Shown: positions 11,276-25,700 of the stretch, in pieces | Layout: each line of letters starts with the position of its first letter | Numbering within the stretch: the stretch's first letter is position 1 | NCBI GenBank assembly: GCA_021613535.1 | Contig: CP075492.1 | Coordinates: 11,098,001 to 11,162,000, forward strand | Direction of reading: 5' to 3' | Origin: Adineta vaga | Lineage: Eukaryota; Animalia; Rotifera | Length of the DNA stretch: 64,000 nucleotides | Program-made: the position numbers and the translations under genes | The notes under the pieces: generated by a model | Databases searched by the model: none | What the model was told of the DNA's origin: nothing | Seen by the model: the letters and a program-made list of their open reading frames with translations, nothing else

Positions 11276-14038
11276 ATGACTAAGGTTAGATTTTTTTCTC
11301 TAAGCAACTAACGAAGAGAAAACATTTGATTCGTATAGAAATTTACAGATTACGATAATTCAGGATTTGTAACAGATCTACAACCGTATGTAATCAATAC
11401 GAGAAATGGATTGGTAGTAACATCAAAATTGAGGAAGAATGAAGAAGAAGAAGATTATGATGATGATAAGGACAATATCGGTTTTGACAAACTGACTGAT
11501 GAAGTTCAACCGAGTGGCTTATGGATATTGCGATTTCGAAAGCGAATTTTTAAATTAATTGAACAACGAAAAGTAAGTTACTTGTTGAGTTCATGATCAA
11601 ACATGTGTATATTTGAATTTCCAATAGACTACCGTAATCTATGGAATGAAATTATTCTTTTTATTAGCTTTTATTATTTATTTTGCATTTGTAATGAGTG
11701 AAAAGTTTGGAACACCACCATTTCCTATTCGAGGCAATATTTTTTATGGAAATTCAGGTATTATGCGGCGAATTATTGTATTTGTGTATCAAGTTTTATT
11801 TAGGTTTCGCCTTTTTATTTCTCGTACTTTTTTCTCTATTTGTTTTCGCATGGGAAAAATTTCTTGGTCGTTTACTTGAACATTGGTATGATCAACTTCC
11901 AATAGCAAGTAAAGAACATGAAATATACACATTTTCTTGGTACGTATATCTGGTGACTAATGATAGATTTACTGCTATCGTCGGAACTTTCGTTTTGTTT
12001 TTCTCCATAGGATTTGGCACTTGTCTGTAGCCACTGCAATTGCATTGTATGTTGGATTTACAGTAACACGACCACGAAATTATGTATCTCTGATCGGTAT
12101 TGTTATTCTGATTTTATTGGGTACACTCGGGTCAAAATATCCTCATCGAGTAGGTAGGAGAAGGGTGCTAGGTTAGAATGAAAATATGTTTGATGAACAA
12201 GATTTTATTGGATGATATGCTATTTAGATTCGATGGAAAACAGTGTTCTATTCGTTTGTTATTCAATTTCTACTCGCTACTATTGTCATACGTTCTGAAT
12301 TTGGTTTTCGATTTTTCGAATTTCTTGGCAAAGAAGTATCAAAATTTATGCAGTAAACAGATGATTTTCTGATACTAAATGAATTCAATATACATGTTAT
12401 TTTTAGTAATGCTGATGCCGGAGCTGTGTTTGTGTTTGGAAAGACATACGAGGAACATTTTTTCGTATTTAAAGTATAGGAAGTAATATTTATGAAAGAA
12501 TAATTATGTTCTTTTCTTTTGTGTATCTTAGTTAACGTCAATTATTATATTTCTTGGATCAATTATCAATGTTCTATATTATTTGGGTGTTATGCAATAT
12601 ATTATTGGAAAAATTGCGTGGTCTATGCAAAAATGTTTGAACACTACAGCAGCGGAAGTGAGTTTTCGAGTATTTTCATATTTCGAAAGGTGTTGTATTT
12701 TTCACCAATTTAGTCTATGACTGCAGCAGCAAATATATTTGTAGGAATGAGTGAAGCACCATTGATGATTATGCCCTTAGTACCAAAAATGACAACATCA
12801 GAACTTCATTCTGTATTAGTTGGTGGATTTGCAACGATGGCAGGTAATATATTGTACTTGTTTTTTTTTTAATCGCTTCCGTATAATATCATGTTAGGTT
12901 CGGTTCTTGCAACATTCATCTTTTTTGGCGTTCCAGCAAATCATTTGATTGCTGCTAGTGTTATGGCTGCACCAGGCGCACTTGGATTTGCAAAACTTTT
13001 ACTCCCTGAAACACATCAATCGAAAACAACTTGGGAGGCAGTGAAAAATACACCAATACCGTAATGTTTGACCTTCTAATCATGACTTACTCATTCGAAA
13101 GCAATGAATGATTTTAGTAATAAAAAAAGTTTCTTTTGTTTTTTTTCTCAATAGAGAACAACATAATGTTATCGATGCATTATTAAGTGGTGCAGGTCAT
13201 ACTATGAAAATATGTGGTTATTTAATTGCTAATTTGATAGCATTTATTAGTGTTCTTCATTTTGCTGATATGACTATTTCATGGCTTTTTAATTTAATTC
13301 ATCATCCTGAAATAAATTTTCAATTTCTACTTGGATTAATTTTTTATCCATTTTCAATTATCATTGGTATTCCATTTCATGATTGTCTTTTAGCATCGAA
13401 ACTTATTGGTATTAAAGTTAGTTTAAATGAAGTAAAAATCGAAGAGATAGATCTTTGTACACATTTTCTCACTAACTGATTTTTCTAGTTTATTGCCTAT
13501 CAAGAACTTGGCAAAATCCGGAACTTACGTAATGAATTGATACTGAATAATACATTTCCACTGTATCTAAATGGAACATTACAATTACCGGATAATATGG
13601 AAATGCTATGGGATGTAAATTTTCAAGCTTTCTTTTTATTTTTATCTTCACATACATAATCTATCTTTGATTATAGGATAGTTCAGTGGTTATTCTAACC
13701 TATGCTTTATGCGGTAAAAAAATTTACAAGAAAGAATAATTCATTTCGATTGATGAGTAAGATTCTAAATAGGATTTGCTAATTTTGGATCGATGGGAGT
13801 TGCTTTAGCAACACTCGGAGTTTTTGCTCCTACTCGAAAACGAGCTTTAGTCAACATTGCACCACGAGCTTTGATTGCAGCTAATATGGTTTCATTGATG
13901 ACTGCTTCCATTGCTGGTATGGAAACATCGATAAATAGATATGTTAACACACACTTTGATATTTCTTTTCCAGGTTTATTATACGATACTCCACATACAA
14001 CGATTTCCGTGTCGAATATTAATACTACAACTGTATAG
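11276..14038 (+). CDS. SLC28 concentrative Na+/nucleoside cotransporter
   Basis: [72 protein letters not shown]; many TM segments; multi-exon. Confidence 0.95.
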
Positions 14039-14637
14039 AATAATAGTGTGAAAGTTTTCGAACAATTGTAGATTAATTGTTTAGTTTTTAATTAGTTATT
14101 GGTAGAATAAATCATATTTCATGCATAAACATATCTTATCGGAATAGTATTTCAAAGAAAACGAAACAAATACGTTCAAAAGAAAAAATATTATCTGGTT
14201 TTACTCAGCTAGAATAATATATTATTCATAGCCACGTCAGCAAATTATATCATGATTTCCGTAAGGTCATTGTACTGAGAAATTACTTTCATTTATGACA
14301 ATTTTGAGAGTAATCATAATGAAATGTAAGTTATTTTGAATACTTAATGCATCAGTTTTGTGTCACAACATTTGTTTCTTTTGATAAAACCATGAAACGT
14401 GGCAAAACTAGCATGACTAACCTACATTTTACTCGCGCAGAATACGATGACTCATCAATACATAGTAATTGCTCAAGTCGAATGCATGAGTTTCCTTGAC
14501 AGACTACGCTGTAAGTATATGCAGAAAAGAAAAGGAAAGAAAAAAACAAAAAAAAGAGAAAAGAAACCTTGCGGTAATATTTTCCTACATATATAAAGAT
14601 TTATAAGTTATAAGCAAATAATTTACAAGCAAAAACG

Positions 14638-16083
14638 ATGGTTTTGTTACGTAAAATAAAAAGTGGACGTCGTTCGATTGTATGGAGAGTTAATGGTGAA
14701 GCACAATATTGTGATGGACCACAGTTGGTATTCGTCTGGCCATGCTTGAATCGAATACAATCATTGCAATTACATCATGCCAATGACATGCAATATTTAG
14801 AAGTAAGATATACCGATGGAAAAACAGAAATTCAACCTGGACCTGCAGCATTATTCGATGATCCATTAAAAATTGTATCGATTTCGACAAGAGATTTAAT
14901 TAAACTCGATGCAAATGAAATCTTAGTTTTATACATTCAAAGTGAAAATACTGAAAAACAAGGTAAACATAATCATTTATATGTTCTATGTAAAAAAATA
15001 AATCGATTTCTATAGATTTATCGTCAGTACGTCAAATTATCAAAGGTCCAACACTTTATGCACCAAAACCAAACGAATGGATTCACGAATTTACATGGCA
15101 TGGTGAAGATGGTTCGCATAAAACTCATATTATACCAGGTGCAAAAATTTCAAAAACTTCGTCTCATACCTGATCAATTCTATTACAATATAACCGATGT
15201 TCGTACATCGGATGATGCATTAATTACTGTCAAATTAATGATCTTTTTCGAATTGATCAATGTTGAAACGATGTTGAATAATACACGCGATCCTATAGCA
15301 GATTTTGTAAGCAACTAAAACTAGAGATTATTGGTCGAAAGATTGCTTGTTTTTCTATATTTTAGATTAATGCAATATGTGCTGATGTCATTGCCTTTGC
15401 ATCCATACGTAAATATGAAACATTTCTTGAGAATGCAAATCAATTGAATCAATTGGATGCATATTCACAATTAGTTATACGAGCACAAACAGTTGGCTAT
15501 CAAATCAATAAAGTCGTTTTTCGAGGTTACCAAGCTTCAGAAAAGTTACAAGTATGTTGCAAAAAGTTTGTTATTAGAAATAATGAACGAATTGTGTTTG
15601 TTTAGTTAATGAATGATAATGCTATTGAGAAACGTACTAAATTAAGATTAGAAGATGAAGCCGAACGTCAATTACAATTATTAGAAGATTTAAAATTAGA
15701 AAAACGTTTCGATCGATCTCAAAAAGGTATAATACATAGATAGATTTCGATCTTCTTCTTATTATATATGTTGTTTATTCTCTATTATAGAACGAAAAAT
15801 GGAACTCGAACAAATGTTACATAAACTTGATATGGTTAAACAACAACATGCTAGTCATTTACAAGAAAAAGAAGCAGAAAATGAATTGGAACGTCAACAT
15901 CGACAATTCTTACATGAAGATGAAATTAAATTCTATGGACAATTAAAAGAACTCGGAACAGATATTACACAAGTATTGATTGCACAACAAAGAAATCCAG
16001 ATAAAATAATTCAAGTTGTCAATGACAATGAACATAAAGGATCAAAAGCAGCATCAAATATTCAATTTACTCATAATATTTAA
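14638..16083 (+). CDS. Short major-vault-protein-like / SPFH (band 7) domain protein with C-terminal coiled coil
   Basis: GP-containing beta repeats (DGPQLV, PGPAAL, LDANEILVLY...KGPTLYAPKPNEW), then VRTSDDALITVKL...DPIADFINAICADV (shoulder/SPFH-like), then an E/K/Q-rich helix. Frameshift in the A-run at 15143-15147. Confidence 0.7.
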
Positions 16084-16785
16084 GTAAACTATAGATCACT
16101 GAAAAAATCAAGACGTTTATTTATTTTTTAAACATAATGTGAATGAAACAAGACTAACTTAATAGATACGATTTGAATAATAAATAAAAGAGTATGTTGA
16201 TAAAATCTCGAAAAATAGTTCATTCGAAACCGAAAATAGAAAACAAAGCTAGAACTATTTATACAGCAGTAGAACAGCAACTATTGGATGAGAAGATAAA
16301 AGTACAGATTTAGATGTTTGTAAGAGTTTGTGTAACTTACTTCCATGTACACTTTTTCCCTTTCATAATTTTGGATATGTGATATATCATCAGTTATGTA
16401 GATGAGTGTCGTATTTAATAAACGAAATAAAATTAAGTAGTAATAATCAAGCACATTCAACCGACATCTTCTCACATTTTCTGCTCCAAAATTTAACTAA
16501 ATAGTTTTAAAATTTCTATTTTATAACATTTCAATTATGAAATGTAGAATTTGTTTTTCGAGATTTTGTCAACAGATCGAAATTTGTGCGTATATTAATT
16601 ATCTTCTGATGGAATTAGGCAGTGTGTTATAATATAAAAAAAGGCTATATAACTTTCGATAATTTTCAGGTTAAATCAATGAACTATAAGACAAGAATAA
16701 AAGTCGATATTTTCATAAATAGATATGTTAGTACAAAAGAGTTTTGTATTAATACAAGTCAATCAGAGTTCAATGAAAAAATTTA

Positions 16786-19700
16786 TTAAGAACAAAGAGG
16801 AAATTGTGTCCATGATCCCGTTGTTAAACAAGTAATATTCAATGGACCTGACAATGAATTGTATCGAAAACCATCGGCGCATTGAATTTGAATCCAACTA
16901 CCAGCGAGAATACCATTATTACCGGAATACAGTGATTTAGTGATTACTTTTACATTGACAAGTGCGGATGACAATTGAGTCAATGAACAAGAAGCACTTG
17001 CTAAAAGATGAAGATCATCATTGAAATCTTTCGAAGAAACTTTAATTTAAATATACATACCAGTGCAAACAGGGAGTGGATCCCAAATACCATTAGTACA
17101 AGACACCGTACGTTGACCTGATGTGCTTACCAAGGAATAACCTGAATAACATGTATATTCGACTTTCGTAGAATAGACAATATTATTTTGTAGAACATTG
17201 TTTGTTGACGACACATAACCATTGCTAATGGATGGAGTTTTTGAACAATCTGCAGATGATTGTGTAGTTGTCACGCTGCCTTGGTTCGATGCTAAAAGAT
17301 GAGAAAGATGAAACGAACAATAGATTTCCTTATTTAATGTTAATGCTTTTAAATTACCACTGCAAGTTGGTTGTGCGGACCAAACACCATTCGTACATGT
17401 CATTCGCGAATTACCTACCAGTACATGTGGAGATATACAAACATAGTTGATATATGCTCCTGAGAGAGCTTGACTAGCGCTTGGTGACATAATACCACTA
17501 TACGAATTTGCATAACCATTTGTTATAATCAAAAAAGTAGAAATGTAAGAACAATAGACTCCAGTACTTGAAGATACTGTTGTCGCTTGTCCACTTTGAA
17601 CACACTTTGGAAATTGTGTCCATGAACCATTACTTAAACATGTTACATTCAGATTACCAGCTACATTTGTGTAACCACTTATACAAGCAAGAACAACGTA
17701 TGAATTACTGAGAACTGCACTTGAATCGTAAGCTGACATTGTCAAGCGAAAGTCATTGGTCGTTTTTAGCGTATTCGAATTCAAAACAAAAGTATTCAAC
17801 GTTGAATAGGAACATGGAGTGATTACTTGCGAAAATAAATAAAGAAACCGATATGTAGTCGTATACTTGTATATGTAATATAAAACTTACTTGTACATCG
17901 TGGTTTAGTCGACCAGATGCCATTGTTACAAATATATCTTGCACCAATTGTTAAATCCAATGTATAACCAGATACGCATGCGAATTCTATCCACCCTACG
18001 ATGATTTATCTGATAAGTATGATGAAAAATCATTTATATATTTACCAGTGGCGGCAGTTGCTGAAGTATATGAGAGTGATGAACTGGAATAATAACCATT
18101 AGTTATGGTATATGTTGTTGCATCTATCATACAGGGTGAGCCAGTAGCGGTAGAAACGGTCGTTGTTGTTTTTGTTGTTGTTGTTGTTGTCAGTCCAATA
18201 CCGCTGTTTAAAATACAGTTAGGAAATTGACTCCAAGAACTATTTGCCAAACATGTAACATTCAAACTACCGCCAATATTAATGTAACCACTTGAACAAG
18301 TTAAAACAATATACGAATCATTCAGAACAGTACTACTATCTTGTGCTGCTGTTACTAAACGGTTTTGATTCGTAGATTGTAATCCAGATGCACTGGAAAG
18401 AAAGTTCGTCAACGTTGTATATGAACAACGACCAGTCACTAAATACAAGTCCTATTTATAAGAATAAATATCGAACAAAACTACAGTCTTGCTTATCATC
18501 CATAAGAATTCTTTGAGCGACAATCTCTTCAGAGTTTTTGGTTTATCATCTCTCATTTAAACATAACTTACTGAGACATTGTGGTTTCTTTGACCAAACA
18601 CCATTAGTGCAAGTATACGTTGCTCCTATACTAGAATCCAGTACATAACCAGAGGAACAAGCAAATTGAATCCATCCTAAGTATTCAATTATTACTAATT
18701 TAGGAAGTTTCAGTTGTTATCAAATTACCTGTAGCAGTAGTACTCGATAGGTAGGAAAGCGAAGAACTGAGATAGTAACCATTACTAATCGTAAATGTTA
18801 CTGTATCTACTGCACATGCTAAACCGCTACCAGTAGATATAGTTGTAGTTGTTATCGAACCACTACCACCATTGTATACACAATTAGGAAATTGACTCCA
18901 TGAACCATTATTTAAACAGGTCACATTCAAATTACCACCTGTATTTATGTAACCACTAAGACAAGTAAATAAAATGTAAGATCCATTGAGAACGGCATTT
19001 GTTTCTTGTGCAACTGCTACTAAACGACTTTGACTAGTAGGCTGTATACCAATTGCGGTTGAAACAAAGTTTTGAAGAGCTGAATATGTGCATCGACCGG
19101 TGGCTGAAAATAGTTGAATAACTTTACCCGTCTAGTTCAAAATAAAAATGAACTTACCTAAGCAACGTGGTTTATTTGACCAAATACCACTATTACATGT
19201 GTATGAAGCACCAATTGTAGAATCCAATACATAACCAGATCCACATGCAAATTGTATCCATCCTATAGAACATATTTTAGACGATACATATTTCACATCA
19301 GTTTCATTTACCTGTAGCAGTCGTGGCAGAGATATAATTCAATGATGAACTAGAGTAGTAGCCATTTGTAATAATGAAGGTTGATGTATCTACTACACAA
19401 GCTATGCCAGTACCTGGTTTTATTGTTGTAGTAGTAGTAGTAGTAGTAAGAGAACCGCTACCACCATTGTATACACAATTAGGAAATTGTGTCCATGAAC
19501 CAGTACTCAAACATGTTACGTTGAGACTACCACCTGTGATTGACATATCCGCTTGCACATTGCAAGACAATAAACGAATTCACAAATACAACAGTTGTAT
19601 CCTGTGATGATGCCACCAGATTCTTCTGATCAGTAGCTTGTATTCCGGTAGCAGAGGTAAGAAAGTTTTGCAATGTAGAGAATAAACATCGAACAGTTGC

Positions 19701-22700
19701 TTAAAATAATACAGTAACATATGAACAGAAAAATCTATCAGTCATGGAATTAATTTACTTTGACACGTTGGTTTTCTGGACCAGACACCACTAGTACAAG
19801 TATATGTTGCACCAATCGTTGGGTCAAGTGTATAACCCGTTATACATCCAAATTGAATCCATCCTACAGAACATCATAAGATCCGATGTGAAGTCATTCT
19901 TTGAATACATACCAGTGACTGTAGTAGCTGATGTATAATTCAATGATGAACTAGAGTAGTAGCCATTTGTAATAACGAAGGTAGATGCATCTATCATACA
20001 AGCTAAGCCATTGCCTGGTGCCATAGTAGTAGTAGTAGTAGTAGTGGTGAGAGAACCGCTACCACTAGTGTATACACAATTAGGAAACTGTGTCCATAAG
20101 CCAGTACTCAAACATGTTACATTGAGACTACCACCTGTATTGACATATCCACTTGCACATTGCAAGACAATAAACGAATTCAAGAATACCGCACTTGCAT
20201 CTTGTGATGATGCCACCAGATTCTTCTGATCAGTTGTTTGTATTCCAGTAGCAGAGGAGAGAAAGTTTTGTAGTGTAGAGAATGAACAGCGAGTAGACAC
20301 TTCGAGAGACAAAGAGGATATATTTGATAACAAAATATTAGGAAAAGAATTACGCTCACCTGAACATCGTGGTTTGGTCGACCATATTCCATTGTTACAA
20401 GTGTATGTCGCACCAACTGTTGAGTCAAGAGCATAACCGGGCATACATGCAAACTGAATCCATCCTGAGAAGAAAAATAAAAGTAAAAGTATATCATATT
20501 ATTTAATCATTAACCAGTAACTGTCGTTGCGGTTGTATATGAGAGTGATGAATTTGTATAATATCCATTCGTAATTGTGAATGTAGAAGTATCTGCAACA
20601 CAAGCTAAACCATTGCTGGGTGTCAGAGTAGTTGTCGTCACTGATCCACTTCCACCGTTTAAAACACAATTAGGAAATTGACTCCATGAACCAGTAGATA
20701 AACAAGTCACATTTAAACTTCCTCCAGTATTGATATAACCGTTTGCACAAGTAAATACAATGAATGAATCATTCAGAACAGCATTCGAATCTTCAGGTGC
20801 CGTTGTTAACCGATTTTGGTTAGTAACCTGAGCACCTGATGAAGTTGATATGAAGTTTTTCAATGTGGTATACGAGCATCTGCCAGTTACTATGTACGAA
20901 ATATGTATACATATTTATCTAACAACAAGAAAGAGCTAATTCTACTTAAACATCTTGGTTTACTAGACCAAACGCCATTATTGCAAGTGTAAGATGAACC
21001 AATTGTTTGATCAAGTATATAGCCAGCAGTACAAGCAAATTTAATCCAACCTAGCATACACAGGAAAATAGATATAGGAAAACTTTTTTCAAATAAATAC
21101 CTGTGGCTGTGGTTGCTGTTGTATACGTCAATGAACTGCTCAAATAGTATCCATTAGAAATTACAAATGAGGTACTGGCATCAATTGAACAGCCTAAGCC
21201 ATTGCTAGAACCTTGAGTAGTAGTAGTGATAGAACCGCTACCACCATTGACGATACAATTAGGAAATTGAGTCCACGAACCACTACTTAAGCAAGTTACG
21301 TTTAGACTACCAGCCGTATTGACATATCCATTCGCACAAGCAAAAACAATGAACGAATTCACCAAAACAGCATTTGTCTCTTGTGAAGATGATAACAAAT
21401 TCTTTTGATCAGTAATCTGTATTCCAGAAGCTGTAGATATGAAACTTTGTAATGCAGATAGTGAGCACCGAGCAGTTACTGTATAAAAATAACAAATTTA
21501 AAGTAAAACCATGCCTTGGAAAATATTTTACTTACTAGAACATCGTGGTTTCGTTGACCACACTCCATTATTGCATGTATATGACGCACCAACTGTTGAG
21601 TCAAGCACATAGCCAGGCATACATGCAAATTGAATTGATCCTACATTACATTCAAATTATCTAACACATAATATTCCTCTCATAATTACCAGTAACAGTC
21701 GTAGCTGATGTATATGTAAGCGATGAACTAGAATAATAACCATTCGTAACTGTAAACGTTGATGCATCGATCGAACAGCTTAAACCAGTGGAGGGTTTTA
21801 CCGTCGTTGTCGTAGTCATAGAAGTAGTGCCACCATTGGATACACAGTTAGGAAATTGTGTCCACGAACCAGTACTTAAACAGGTCACATTCAGACTTCC
21901 ACCTATGTTCGCATATCCACTAGCACAAACGAAAACGATGAATGAATTAACAAAAACTACACTTGTATCTTGACCAGATGCTAGTAGATTTCTTTGATCT
22001 GTTGTTTGCATTCCAGTCGCAGTGGAAATGAAGTTTTGTAATGCTGAGAACGAACAGCGTGCTGTCACTATGTAAAAATCAGATATATCTTTTATTAATT
22101 GTTAACAATAACAATTTTCCACTTACGAGTGCAACGTGGTTTTGTCGACCACACACCATTGTTACATATATACGATGCTCCTACAGTGACATCGAGGACA
22201 TAACCCGGCATACACGCAAATTGAATTGATCCTAGAGAACATCACAAAATATATGCTCATAGCCTCATAAGCTGCCCTTTGTATAGTTACCAGTGGCTGT
22301 TGTAGCTGATGTGTAGGAAAGTGTTGAGCTCAAATAATAACCATTTGTAAGAGTGAATGTTGATGCATCTATTGAACAGGCTAAACCAGTACCGGGACGG
22401 ATTGTAGTAGTAGTAGTAGTAGCGATAGAAGTAGTACCACCGTTGGATACACAGTTAGGAAATTGTGTCCATGAACCCGTACTCAAACAGGTTACATTGA
22501 GACTACCACCCGTATTCACATATCCACTTGCACATGTAAACACGATGTAAGAGTTAACGAATACAACACTTGTATCTTGACCAGATGCTAGTAGATTTCG
22601 TTGATCAGTTGTTTGTATTCCAGTAGCAGTAGAAATGAAATTTTGAAGTGTCGCAAATGAGCATCGTGCAGTTACTTTATATAAGTTAAAAATATCAAAA

Positions 22701-25700
22701 AAGAACTATAATTAAAGGGATCTCGCTTACTTGAACATTTGGGTTTTGTTGACCATACGCCATTATTACAAGTAGTCGACGCACCAATTGTGGCGTCGAG
22801 TACATAGCCAGGCATACATGCAAATTGAATTGATCCTAGAGAATGGTACACTATCAAATTGGAACGATGTTATCGAGATAATTACCAGTGGCTGTTGTGC
22901 CCGATGTGTAGGAAAGTGTTGAGCTCAAATAATAACCATTTGTAAGAGTGAATGTTGATGCATCTATTGAACAGGCTAAACCAGTACCGGGACGGATTGT
23001 AGTAGTAGTAGTGGTAGTAGTGATAGAAGTAGTACCACCGTTGGATACACAGTTAGGAAATTGTGTCCATGAACCCGTACTCAAACAGGTTACATTGAGA
23101 CTGCCACCCGTATTCACATATCCACTTGCACATGTAAATACGATGTAAGAGTTAACGAATACAACACTTGTATCTTGACCAGATGCTAGTAGATTTCGTT
23201 GATCAGTTGTTTGTATTCCAGTAGCAGTAGAAATGAAGTTTTGCAATGTGGAAAACGAGCATCTGGCAGTAACTTTATTGGAGAAATATATTGATAAAAA
23301 AGGAATGAGGTAAAATTATAACTCACTGGAACATCGTGGTTTCGTTGACCAGACACCATTACTACAAGTATACGATGAACCGATTGTAGAGTCAAGTACA
23401 TAACCAGGCATACAAGCAAACTGAATGGATCCTATAACAAAGTAGATAGTATAAGTTTTAGAACGTATTTTTCATTTAATTACCCGTAACCGTAGTCGAG
23501 GTTGGATACGTGAGTGAAGAACTTAAAAAGTAACCATTGGTAATAGTAAATATAGTTGCATCTATTGGACAGCCCACACCATTATTTGGGACAGTAGAAG
23601 TTGCCATGGTCGTCGTGAATCCACCATTATTTGAAACACAATTAGGAAATTGTGTCCACGAACCCGTACTCAAACAGGTTACATTCAAACTACCACCCGT
23701 ATTCACATATCCACTTGCACATGTAAACACAATGAACGAATTCACATATACAACACTCGTATCTTGACCAGATGCTAGTAGATTTCGTTGATCAGTTGTT
23801 TGTATTCCAGTAGCAGTAGAAATGAAATTTTGAAGTGTCGCAAATGAACAGCGTGCAGTTACTTTATATAAGTTAGAAATATATAAAAACAACTATAATT
23901 AAAGGTATCTCGCTTACTTGAACATACGGGTTTTGTTGACCATACGCCATTATTACAAGTGGTCGACGCACCAGTTGTGGCGTCGAGCACATAACCAGGC
24001 ATACACGCAAATTGAATTGATCCTAGAGAACATCACAAAATATATGCTCATAGCCTCATAAGCTGCCGTTTGTATAGTTACCAGTGGCTGTTGTAGCTGA
24101 TGTGTAGGAAAGTGTTGAGCTCAAATAATAACCATTTGTAAGAGTGAATGTTGATGCATCTATTGAACAGGCTAAACCAGTACCGGGACGGATTGTAGTA
24201 GTAGTAGTAGTAGCGATAGAAGTAGTACCACCGTTGGATACACAGTTAGGAAATTGTGTCCATGAACCAGTCAAACAGGTTACATTCAAACTACCACCCG
24301 TATTCACATATCCACTTGCACATGTAAACACGATGTAAGAGTTAACGAATACAACACTCGTATCTTGACCAGATGCTAGTAGATTTCGTTGATCAGTTGT
24401 TTGTATTCCAGTAGCAGTAGAAATGAAATTTTGAAGTGTCGCAAATGAACAGCGTGCAGTTACTATATGAGAATATTAGAGATTATCTTCCTAGAGAAGA
24501 GAGAATCAGTGTAGGTTACTTGAACATTTGGGTTTTGTAGACCATACACCATTATTACAAGTAGTCGACGCACCAATTGTGGCGTCGAGTACATAGCCAG
24601 GCATACATGCAAATTGAATTGTTCCTATAACAAAACCCATGGTTGATACATATTGCTCTTTCTTGGAAATGCTTACCAGTAGCAGTTGAGGCAGAAGTGT
24701 AGGAAAGGGATGAACTTGAAAAGTAACCATTGGTAATAGTAAATATAGTTGCATCTATTGTACACGCTAAACCTGTTGATGATGCTGCAGTAGTTGTGGA
24801 TAAAACACTAGTGGTGGATAGCATTGCAGTAGTAGTAGTAGTAGTGGTCGTCATTGAGCTGCTACCACCATTGAGTACACAATTAGGAAACTGACTCCAT
24901 GAACCAGTACTCAAACAAGTAATATTTAGACTACCACCTGTATTGATATATCCATTGGCACATTGTAACAGAATGAAAGAATTCAAAAATACAACAGTGG
25001 TATCTAGAGCAGATGCCATCAAGTTTTTTTGATCTGTTGTCACCATTCCGGTGGCACTAGCGATAAAATTCTGTAATGTTGCGAAAGAACATCGAGCAGT
25101 TACTACCGAAAGAGAAAATATGTATAGAAGAATTATCATAGAGATTTTTGAGCTTACTAGAACATCGTGGCTTAGTTGACCAAACACCATTAGTACACGT
25201 ATATGTTGCACCAACTGTCGAGTCAAGAATGTAACCAGGCATACATGCAAATTGAATCCATCCTATGATGTTGGAAATACATAGAGGAATATTAGATTTT
25301 TCACATATTTACCTGTGGCTGTAGTAGTTGATATATAAGAAAGAGATGTATTTGTGTAATAACCGTTAGTAATAATAAATGTGTTTGAATCAACTACACA
25401 AGGTGAACCATTTCCTGCTGTTATAGTGGTCGTTGTCAATACACCATTGCCTGAAGATGTTGTTGTTGTCGTCGGCGTCGTCGTTACGGAACCACTACCA
25501 GTATTTAGTACACAGTTAGGAAACGAAGTCCATGAACCGTTACTTAAACATGTTATATTTAAACTCCCACCTATATTGGTATAACCGGTGACGCAGGCGA
25601 CTATGATGTATGAATCATTGAAAACTACAGTTGCATCTGGTGACGAAGCCAGTAAACGATTTTGACCTGTAGTTTGTAGGCTGTTTGTAGAGTAAATAAA

